Positions 40,127 through 48,876 of a stretch of 48,876 bases of DNA are shown piece after piece. How positions within the stretch are numbered: position 1 is the first letter of the stretch; every line of letters starts with the position of its first letter. Source of the stretch: Halocafeteria seosinensis (Eukaryota). The notes below the pieces were generated by a model. It had not been told where the DNA came from, made no database searches, and was given only the letters and a program-made list of their open reading frames with translations. The translations under genes were made by a program, and so were the position numbers. The stretch covers positions 1 through 48,876 of the forward strand of contig LVLI01000183.1 of the NCBI GenBank assembly GCA_001687465.1, read 5' to 3'.

Positions 40127-42198
40127 ATGGAAGGAGAATCCACTTTGCACCAATACCGTTTGCAGAGTACTCACCATTCATCCAATGACAGTCAAGCAGA
40201 TCACTATGAACATCAAGAAAGAGCAGGAGATGTCCCAGTCTCAACTGGTACTATTGCAGCAACAGGAACCGGGGAAGCATTCGTAAGTCAGTAGTGGATG
40301 CTCGTAACTTCGCGGCAATAGAGCCGTTATGAGTCAACAATCGATTGGGAATTGTATACAATAAGAGTTGCTTTGGGGGAAGCAACTGCATTGATAAGCA
40401 TTTCTTTTTCTTTCTTTGTGGATAACTATGTGGTCGGCGAATGGCGCCGTCTCGCCGTTACAGCACGTTTATACTTGCGTTTCAACTTGCAGGAGGAACC
40501 TCGCTTGAGGATGCAGGACCAATTTGTAAGAGTTGTGCTTGTATTTGACGGACAGGGAAATGTCTGTCCAGTATGATTGCTTCATGTTCGCTAATCTTGT
40601 TCTCGCCAGAGCCCGCGATGGGTAGACAAGCATTGGGCTGCTCTTACTCTTGCAATTCATGTGCTAGTCGCAATTTCGATGGCTGCTACATACGGCTCAA
40701 TATCAAACGGTAAGAGGGCTATGTTCTTGCAATTTGTCGAATCATATCAGTGAATTCCTCCACGGGACAGATCTTCCAATCAATGATATCGCAAAAACTG
40801 CGGGTGCTACAAGTTTACTCAGTATGTTGTTGGCTCTTTTCACGTTGCCGATGTGGATCCTGGACTCTCACAGAGATGATCGAGGCATTGGACCATACGT
40901 GTATGCGTTTGCACCCCTCATAACCTTTCCGATTGGCTTCATTGTGTGTGGAGCTAAAACGAAGTCTTGGTCTCTGAGTGCACAAGTCTGGTTTGGCTGC
41001 CTGGCTCCTGTTGTGCTATGGTTACTTTATGCGGCAAACAAGTTCACTCCAATTTCCCGACGACTATCACTTTCAACCAAGGTTTTGAAATCGCTGCATC
41101 GAGATGTAGGGAAAATGTTTTTGCTTGGGATCGTGGCCATCAATATTTGGATGGTAATGTGGTCGTTGTTGTTGGCCGTTGCAGTGTCACGCCAGCTCTA
41201 TGTGCAACTGGCGTTCTCTATCATGTTATTGATATGGGTTCCGGGAATAGTTATCTATGTAAACCGCTCCGTTGTTGCTGCAAGTGTTAGCCAGTTGGTC
41301 ACCTGTTCCTCAGCTAGCGTCTATCTCCCGTGGAAGGTAGTATGGCGTTGCGCAACCTCGAATTTAGGAAGCATGTGCGCAGCTGCGTTTCTACTCCCAC
41401 TGACTAAGACTCTTCGGACGGTGGCTCTCTACTGTCATGAATTTCTCCTACATGGACAGGACCACGGCCAGTGCGGTTTCTATGTTGTGTGGTGCGCCTG
41501 TTGCATTTGCTTGAGTGTTCTCAGTCGTCCCATGGTAAGAACTAGCCACGAGTGCCGAGCGACGATATTTTTGAAGGCTACTGTTTTCATAATTTTGCAG
41601 AAACTACTGAAGAGCCTCAGCGACAATGCAATTGTTCACATTTCTCTATACGGGACTCCGTTCGAGGTTTCTTCTAAGACTTCCGCCCAGCCGTTCCAGG
41701 TAAGAATCCGTACACGCACTCTTCTCCTCTGTGATTTGAACCGTTGACTGGGAGCATTTTGTGGTTCAGAACACTAGATGGAGGAACGTCCGCGATGATC
41801 CTGCTACGGGCGTGGTTAACACTATAGGATCTCTGGCATTTGGAAGCCTTGTAGCTCTCGTTTCCTTTTGCTTGTCCTACTCCTTCAACTTTACGTGGGA
41901 CTTGATCATCTATCACAGCATTATAGGAGCAGTTGTTGGCTTCACGAACCTGGCAATGGTGAATTCAGTGCTCGATATTGTTGACACAACTCTACTTCAG
42001 TACATCGTAGAGGACGACTCCGCGTTACAAGCAAGTTTGCCTACGCTTCATTCGAGTCTATCTACCTTGTTCCAGGAATTACTTGAGCAGGTAAGTAGAA
42101 CGCTTTAAAATAAGTGTTTCCGATCATCCTGTTGCCATGCTTCGCAGAGAACGGAAACCGAAGAAGAAGATGAAACGCAAGACATCCTAAGGAGCTGA
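40127..42198 (+). CDS. Choline transporter-like (CTL/SLC44/PNS1 family) multi-pass membrane protein; exons 40127-40282, 40493-40525, 40610-40709, 40771-41534, 41601-41699, 41770-42090, 42148-42198
   Basis: Six GT-AG introns all join in frame. Motifs: PRWVDKHWAAL (cf. PNS1 P.W.D.W), RRLSLSTKVLK, RCATSNLGSMCAAAFL, CAC.CICL, NAIVHISLYGTPF..SSK, VLDIVDTTLLQYIVED. About 9-10 hydrophobic segments. Exons 1-2 are less certain. Confidence 0.8.
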
Positions 42199-42662
42199 AT
42201 TCCCAGGAATTCCAGGGTCTCCATGCTAAGGCGACGTCAGATGCGTAGACAACCATCTCGCCTGCTGAAAGTTTCCCTTATAATAGACCTACAATCGCTG
42301 CACTCTACCCCCAGTTAAAACGAGCAACGTGAGACCACGGATCCTGCGTCGAAGGCAACTCCGTCGCCAATTTGGATAATCCAAACTGGATAGGAGACTA
42401 GCACTCCAAACCATGGTACCACGTGTCTGCAGTCGAGAGGGCTACAAGGAAAGAGAGACCCCATAATATAGTGGCTTGGAGACTCTACAGAGAGCATCAT
42501 GAATCAGGTGAGCAGCTCAAGGCGCTCACGCCGGAGGTGGGAGGACGCAGTCTACGTGTTGGACTTCCATTCATGGATCCATGTGGATTGTTTATGAGAG
42601 GAACAAGAATAGCTACTCGGTACACTGTCTGTATCTATCTACGTGCCTAACGATCCGCAAAA

Positions 42663-43421
42663 ATGGGAACGGCATCATCAACAAACAACAGCAGGAGGAA
42701 CCGTGAGGAGGGAAGAAAGGTGCAGAAGAGTGTTCAACGGACTCGACGAAATGATCCAGAGTATAGGATGACAGGATTTGATCTTCGGGGCGCGACGTTG
42801 GATGACAGGAATGCAAAAGACATAGCGGATGCCTTGCGGGAGGGAAAGAATACGACATTGACAAAGATTAATTTAGCAGACAACCAGATCGGTGGTACAG
42901 GAGCTCAACATTTAGCAGATGCCTTGCGAGTCAATACGGCCCTGACTGTGGTTCATATATGGAAGAATCAAATCGGTGCTATCGGAGTTCAAAATTTGGC
43001 GGAGGCCTTGTGACATTGACGGAGCTCCGTTTAGGACGGAATCAAATTGGTGATACGGGAGCTCAACATTTGGCTTGCGAGTCAATACGACATTGACCAA
43101 GATTGGTTTAGGAGGGAACCAAATCAGTGATACACAGCTCAACATTTGACGGATGCCTTGCGTGTCAATTCGACATTGACTGACATTCGTTTAGCATGGA
43201 ATCAATTCGGGGCTATAGGTGCTCAGCATGTGGCGGATGTCCTGCGAGTCAATACGACATTGACTGGGATTGACTTAGGAGTTAACCAAATCAGTGCTAC
43301 AGGAGCTCAACATTTGGCGGATGCACTGCGGGTTAATATGGCATTAACGCGGATTGATCTAGGACGAAATCAAATCAACGATCAGTCTCTTAAGGAGAGA
43401 ATCGAACGTTTAGTGCGGTAA
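42663..43421 (+). pseudogene. Disrupted NLRC3/RNI-like leucine-rich repeat gene (28-aa repeats)
   Basis: RRNDP cap followed by ~7 repeats of ADALRVNTTLTxIxLxxNQIGxxGAQHL (84-nt period). In-frame TGA at 43011-43013, with apparent 10-, 7- and 1-nt deletions between 43010 and 43137. A donor-like GTAAGA at 43418 suggests further 3' exons, unresolved. Confidence 0.75.
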
Positions 43422-44443
43422 GAAGATGATTTCCTCTACAATTGTTGTCGCTGGACTGGAACTCGCTCCACCAGAATACAGCTGTTTGTTAAAACACACA
43501 AGAAGGAGAACGAGTGAGTGCGAAAAGGGTAGATCGCCGCGCGGCGTACAGTTTGAGACCCATTGCTTGTTTCAATTGGTGTGTTTCTGTTGGACTGACT
43601 TTCCTCAGTGGAGTGCTACCATGCAATTCTATTATTAAGCATTTAGATACATGATGTCTGCCTTCTTTGGTTTGTTGATTGCAGAACGAGCCCGAACGAG
43701 CAAAGCGAGAAGCTGAAGAGTTCAGCAAGAAAAATGAACACCGACAGGAAACAGATGCCGACCTTCTAAGCACTGGAGGAGGGAGGATAAATGAAATCGT
43801 CTCTTGTGGACACTACCTACCTCTTTCGCCATAAATCAATGGAACAATTATCGCGAAATGAACAAGTCATATACCTGTCTGGTGTTTCGCCCAAGTCAAG
43901 CAACTGAGGATCGCAATGAAATTGCTTGATGGTGAGCGGTCTCACTAGAGTTTTCTCGCCGTGCAAAGACGGCATACATTCATCTGTGGTCAAGTTCCAA
44001 CCAATTCTTGTGAGATCATCCTGAGGGGCGAGGGTTCATTGAATACACAATTGACTTCGTCGGTAACGCACACACATACGCATGCAGATTGTTATACCCG
44101 TATCTCTGAATTGTCGTTTGACCACAATCAGGAAACAGACAGTAGTAAGTGTGGTAGCAGTAGTCTTTCTTTCTTTCTCTCTTTCTCTTTCTCTTGCGTC
44201 GACTAAGATTCTTGTATCTTGCTCTGTATGAGAGGAAGGGAGGCATGCAATGCACTGACTGCCTCTCTTCTCGTCACACCATCTTGATGCAACTATGAAG
44301 GGTCGAATGAGGCATCTATACACCCACAAGAGTGTCTAAAAAATGGTGTCATTACCGAGAGTTTCGGGATTCAGAACGCCCCTTGCCCTCCCTTGAAGTG
44401 GGACAAGTTCTCTAGTGATGACATGATGAGGTTTAGACCCGTC

Positions 44444-44478
44444 TTTTTTTTTTTTTTTTGTGTGTGTGTGTGTGTGTG
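44444..44478. repeat. Compound microsatellite T16 + (TG)10
   Basis: Directly visible. Confidence 0.95.
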
Positions 44479-44684
44479 ATGCAGTTTTCGATGGATGTAA
44501 GCTGGACATGAACATGGAATGGACATGCCGTGGTGAAAAGTGCCCGAAATGAAATCTGCGCGCTCGTCTCGTCTGATTCAACTCAACTGGAAGCAACTGG
44601 AATCAGGAAGTGGATTTCTTGTCACTCACAGTACGGATATGTTGTGGTTCGCAGTGGCATCGAGAACGCACAACTTATACAACG

Positions 44685-46277
44685 ATGCCGGACTCACCGT
44701 CGAAGCAATATTGGCGCTGTCAGACTAACCGACTTTTGCTAGCAGTGGAAGCCACTTTATCCATACATGTATTGCTTCTTTTTTTTACTGGTGGGACAGC
44801 GTTCGATCTGAGAGAAAACATTACCCGTGGACTGGAACCATGTTTTCCGTTCTTCCCTGAGAAGGACCTATTCGCACTTAACTGTAGTGTATTGAACTGG
44901 GAACAACTGGAGTATACAAAGGATGAGTACATAACGCTTCTGGCCAATGAGACATTTGATGGTCGTGAGAATATTATTCATCTGGGTGGGGTCATAAACT
45001 TTGAAGGGCTATTTACGGTAGGGGAGGACGTTGAATCCTTGCATCAGGCACCATTGGTCCGCAACGTGCATGTCAAGAACGGGACCACGGCAGATCAAGC
45101 TGGATTCATTTTTAGGTCAGGGCAACGGTTCTTTGTCGTTGAAGCGTGTAGCACAACGGGAGACATCATCAAATTCGGTGGCGGAGGCATTTGTGGCTCT
45201 AACTGTGGTGAAAGCCATGGAAAGATCAAGATATTAAGATGTTCTTCTTCCGGTCGAATCGTCGGACAATCTGCAGGTGGCATTACAGGACGTTACCTCG
45301 GGCATTTTTTTGGAAGGGCTCATATTGGTCAGTGTTATTCTACAGGAAACGTGGTAGGGTTTCACTCTGGTGGAATAGCTGGAGAATTTGCCGGAAGAAA
45401 CGACGGTACTGTGTTTATTCGGCAGTCGTATTCGACGGGCGATGTTCTTGAGGGTGCTTCCTTTAGTGGTGGAATTGTTGGTCCCAATGCGGGACATACT
45501 CACGGTTTTACGTCCATCACAGAATGCTATAGTATGGGGAAAATATCTGCGTCGCATAGTGGCGGAATTAGTGGAGGCCATGATGCCGAGGCCCAAGGTG
45601 AAGTACACATTACAGATTGCTACAGCCGAGGAGATATTGGTGACGGAGTCTTCCGAGCTGGAGGTATCACTGGATCGAGCGTAGGCGGCCAAAAAGGCAG
45701 GGCCACTGGTAGTGTCTTTATTGCAAACACCTATGCTTCGGGGGATTTCCTCACCACCGAGGTAGCTGGCGGGATTATAGGACATATAACCGGTGAAGCC
45801 ACGGGAGACATTCAAGTCAATTACTCTGTTCATAATGGTGCTGCCAAATTAGTAGGGGAAGATCCGGGAGACAACCTGAATGCTACTGGGAATTCTGACA
45901 ACCTTACAGATATTCGAGGTAGGCTCTATGAATACGGAGGAGGGCAACAGTGGAGCGACCGTGTTTGGGCTGTGGACGGGAGTGACGAATTTCCTATTCT
46001 TCGTTTTCAACTATTAGACCCTACAGCGTCACTGGCGCCAACGGCCTCGCATTTGACTTCGCCATTTAGCACGGAAGCCGCCTCTGTCTCACCGAGCGTC
46101 TCTAGATCTCCTATCCTTGGAAGCTTTCCNCCCGCCACACCGTCAAGGAGCAATTCCTCCTCCTCAGGCACGGGAGATAACGTGGTAGGGGAAGCTCCCC
46201 GTCGGATAGGGAGTTTTCGGACGGAAGAGCGCGATCTGAGAATACCTATGCGTCGAGCTGAATGCAAGGGAGAATAA
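44685..46277 (+). CDS. Secreted GGICG/GLUG-like repeat protein (one module, 7 coils, Ser/Pro tail, no TM)
   Basis: First ATG 44685; leader ends VLLLFFTGGTA|FDLRENI. Full N-cap, 7 coils, C-cap GNSDNLTDIRGRLY..WSDRVW..FPILRFQ. An ambiguous N at 46130 makes the last ~50 codons less certain. Confidence 0.87.
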   Translation: MPDSPSKQYWRCQTNRLLLAVEATLSIHVLLLFFTGGTAFDLRENITRGLEPCFPFFPEKDLFALNCSVLNWEQLEYTKDEYITLLANETFDGRENIIHLGGVINFEGLFTVGEDVESLHQAPLVRNVHVKNGTTADQAGFIFRSGQRFFVVEACSTTGDIIKFGGGGICGSNCGESHGKIKILRCSSSGRIVGQSAGGITGRYLGHFFGRAHIGQCYSTGNVVGFHSGGIAGEFAGRNDGTVFIRQSYSTGDVLEGASFSGGIVGPNAGHTHGFTSITECYSMGKISASHSGGISGGHDAEAQGEVHITDCYSRGDIGDGVFRAGGITGSSVGGQKGRATGSVFIANTYASGDFLTTEVAGGIIGHITGEATGDIQVNYSVHNGAAKLVGEDPGDNLNATGNSDNLTDIRGRLYEYGGGQQWSDRVWAVDGSDEFPILRFQLLDPTASLAPTASHLTSPFSTEAASVSPSVSRSPILGSFXPATPSRSNSSSSGTGDNVVGEAPRRIGSFRTEERDLRIPMRRAECKGE

Positions 46278-46883
46278 AAAGAGTAGCTGAACTCCTTAAC
46301 CAAATATTACTGTAGTTCTTTCTCTGCACCCAGACATACAACGCTCATCCTTTCTTTCCCTTTCATTCTGTCAGTCCAATCCGACTGTTCTTCGTGTTTA
46401 GTCCATTGTACCGCACAGTACTTTTACCTTGTACCCACACAACACACTTCCAGGATCCTGGATTCCACAGCCTCAGTGTCCGAAAAGTTCACGTAACTAG
46501 ACACGATCACACAACAAACGTTACTACTACCGTCCCGTATTCTCCTCAGCAACACGCAGACGGAAGAGATGTCCCTTGCTTCCAGTCGTGCTCGTGTTCG
46601 TGTTCGTGTTGCGAGCAGGACCGTTGCCTAACCGGTGATGGTGATGGTTGGGAGTCGTAACGCAGTCGTTCTGGCCCACTGAGAGCACCAAGAACTAGTC
46701 TCCTACCTACTGAAATCCCCAAGTTCTCATAAATTGTTGTTGAGTGAATCATTCAAGAATGAACTGGTTCATTATCGTACTCTGCGCGACAACGGCAACG
46801 AGAGTGCTTACGGAGGGGAAAGAGGCACCAGCAGCAGCAAGCAAGGACACCCACCCGGTTGCACTTTGGCCGACTATCTAGCA

Positions 46884-48581
46884 ATGTTGGAGGACCAGAT
46901 GCGCGCAACATACATGTCTGATCAAGGGAAGGAATCCAATTTGGCAGTATGCTGGATATTAGGGTGCAATGATCGGTCATGGGACCGAGAATGCAACCCA
47001 AAGAAGTCTGCTCCAGGAAGGCGAAAGCGCGCTTCAACGGCAGCAGCCTTTAGGCTGTATAAGAGCCTTCTATCTCGAGCGATTACCGAAGGTGTGCTGA
47101 TGCTGGGCGCTACTACCATATTATGCTTGCGTTGGATTACTGATCCGGGAGTGGTGTCGTCAGCAAAGTCCTGGTGGCCGAGGCATCATCAACGTGGAAA
47201 GATACTTGGGGAAAGATCGTTTTTACTCAGGGGTGTCTCTCTCGCCCTAGGAGTGCTACATGTATTTGGAGAACCCTGCCAAGCAATGGATCTGCAAGAG
47301 AGTATATCGCAGCAAAACGAGCCATGCTTCCAGTTCTTTCCTGAAGGAAACCTGTTTCGACAAAATTGCAGTGTTGTAGAATGGAAGGATCGCTATACAG
47401 CAGAGGATTACATTTCCCTCAAAGAAAATGAGACGTTTGACGGCGGAAGTTCTCATAATATTATTGACCTGAGTTACATCACAGGTTTTAGAGGTCTGTT
47501 TCAGGTATCAGGTGGTGTTAAATCCTTCAGCGAGGCTCCGCTGATTCAGAGTGTTCACACTGTGAATGGAACAACTTACCAAGGCGCTGGATTCATTGTA
47601 CAAGGGAGACAGAAGTTCTTTATCGTAGATTCCTGCAGCTCGACGGGGACAATCACGTACCTAGCCGGAGGCATCTGCGGTAAGCGTGCTGGTAAGCAGC
47701 ACGGAGAAATCAGAGTGTCGAATTCCTTCTCCTCGGGAATGATAAGTGGAAGACATGCTGGTGGCATTGCCGGAAACCGAGTAGGACAGTCTCATGGAAC
47801 TGTTAACATTTCGAATTGTTATTCTACCGGGAAAATTGAAGGATTGGACGCAGGTGGCATCTGTGGAGATTTTGCGGGACGAGAAGGCGGGAATGTGTAT
47901 ATCACTCAGTGTTACTCGACAGGGAATATTATGGGCACTGGCAAACACGGTGGAGGAATTGTGGGACCAAATGCGGGGAAACTTCATGGCCGAGTGGCTA
48001 TTGATCAGTGCTATAGCACGGGGGAAATAGCACAAGACGTTGGTGGCGGGATTGGCGGAGGCCATGAAGCGGAAATTTTCGGTGAGGTGCATATCAGTAA
48101 TTGCTACACTCGAGGGGATATAGTCGGCCACAACGCAGGAGGCATTTTAGGAACTAAGGTTGGGGGACAGCCGGGTTCAGCCACGGGGAGCGTGTACGTT
48201 AGTAATGTATATGCTTCAGGAGCTGCAGATAAAGCCGGTGGAATCCTGGATTTTATACTCACGGAGGCGAGTGGTACAATTGCTGTCAGTTACTCAGTGT
48301 ACAACAATAGTGGTCCGGATTCTTCACTAGTGAGGAGTGATCCGGGGAGCAATTTGAATGCTACAGGCAATTCAGGCAATTTGGATAGTATTCGGGGCCG
48401 GCTATACGAATTTGAGGGACTCCAACGCTGGAGTAATGAAGTTTGGGCTGTGTGTGGTGACGGTTTACCCATTTTGCGGTTCCAGCTCTCTTGGTATCCA
48501 TGCCCCAGTCCATTTCCTGGGACAGGAGCGGAAACCAAGACGTTGTTACCAGTGCAACGAGCTCCTAGATCGGTTAGGTAG
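46884..48581 (+). CDS. Secreted GGICG/GLUG-like repeat protein (one module, 7 coils), tandem paralog of 44685-46277
   Basis: ORF 46734-48581; start uncertain (ATG 46884 or later, e.g. 47100). Signal-like FLLRGVSLALGVLHVFGEPCQA|MDLQESI. Shares GPNAG..HG, GGH.AE..GEVHI, VGGQ.G.ATGSV and DPG.NLNATGNS with its neighbour. Confidence 0.85.
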   Translation: MLEDQMRATYMSDQGKESNLAVCWILGCNDRSWDRECNPKKSAPGRRKRASTAAAFRLYKSLLSRAITEGVLMLGATTILCLRWITDPGVVSSAKSWWPRHHQRGKILGERSFLLRGVSLALGVLHVFGEPCQAMDLQESISQQNEPCFQFFPEGNLFRQNCSVVEWKDRYTAEDYISLKENETFDGGSSHNIIDLSYITGFRGLFQVSGGVKSFSEAPLIQSVHTVNGTTYQGAGFIVQGRQKFFIVDSCSSTGTITYLAGGICGKRAGKQHGEIRVSNSFSSGMISGRHAGGIAGNRVGQSHGTVNISNCYSTGKIEGLDAGGICGDFAGREGGNVYITQCYSTGNIMGTGKHGGGIVGPNAGKLHGRVAIDQCYSTGEIAQDVGGGIGGGHEAEIFGEVHISNCYTRGDIVGHNAGGILGTKVGGQPGSATGSVYVSNVYASGAADKAGGILDFILTEASGTIAVSYSVYNNSGPDSSLVRSDPGSNLNATGNSGNLDSIRGRLYEFEGLQRWSNEVWAVCGDGLPILRFQLSWYPCPSPFPGTGAETKTLLPVQRAPRSVR

Positions 48582-48876
48582 CTACGGAGCGTGTCGATAC
48601 AATAAATGCACATGATATGTGGGAGAATATGCCATAAGCGTGTGGTATGCTGTGGTGTGCCCATCCAAACTGCCATCCAGCTGCAACGAATTTGCAAAGG
48701 CAGCCGAAAAGAAAAACGTTCAGTTGACTCCAGTGATTCAGTTTTCACATGTAAGTTTTTTTCCTGCTGACGCTGTAGTCAGTGGTTTCAAAAATCTCTA
48801 TGATTTGCGCCGCAGTCTTAACCTTCTTCAGAGCCTTCCTCAATGTGTTTCTCAATCCAGTGCTTGAATATCTTCT

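Noticed and set aside
43011..43013. Selenocysteine or stop readthrough at the LRR TGA
   Set aside because: The TGA is created by a deletion, and readthrough gives two out-of-frame repeats.
44444..44478. T16 as the poly(A) tail of a retroposed element
   Set aside because: No target-site duplication or recognisable SINE/LINE body seen.
11996..48748. Long antisense or alternate-frame ORFs (e.g. 11996-12595, 20985-21593, 35015-35500, 45234-45833, 47661-48131)
   Set aside because: They are shadows of Gly- or Ser/Thr-rich coding strands and show no independent motifs.
1..48876. Prokaryotic or viral origin of the whole window
   Set aside because: Spliceosomal introns, BRWD, CTL/PNS1 and type I/II secretory-pathway membrane proteins indicate a eukaryotic nuclear genome.

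Overview
Gene-dense eukaryotic DNA, probably from a unicellular protist (inferred). Two genes carry short GT-AG introns of 57-210 nt that can be reconstructed exactly. The dominant feature is an expanded family of intronless secreted or cell-surface proteins built from a ~400-460 aa module: an N-cap (DLR..I..G.E.CF...YISL.ANE.FDG...GLF...EAP.IRNVH), 7 or 9 Gly/Cys-rich ~31-aa GLUG-like coils (C-Y-S-T-G-x-I-x-G-x-x-x-G-G-I-[CAVT]-G) and a C-cap (GNS.DL.DI.GKLY...WS...W...P.LRF). Seven loci hold ten modules. Two are type I membrane proteins with Ser/Thr stalks and a shared unknown cytoplasmic motif (one has four tandem modules, 2546 aa), three are intact soluble forms with basic tails, and two are pseudogenes. 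A decayed relic of the cytoplasmic tail also survives. The left-most copy is cut at a TA dinucleotide by a duplicated, Tc1/mariner-like element end. Interspersed conserved genes: a GAF-GAF class I cyclic nucleotide phosphodiesterase (5 exons), a PHIP/BRWD-type WD40 plus double bromodomain protein, an orphan mucin-stalk membrane protein, a degenerate UDP-glucuronate-4-epimerase-like domain fused to a glycosyltransferase-like domain, a CTL/PNS1-like transporter (7 exons) and a disrupted NLRC3/RNI-type LRR gene. I recognised no tRNA, rRNA or CRISPR. All family assignments come from motif recognition by eye; no database search was run.
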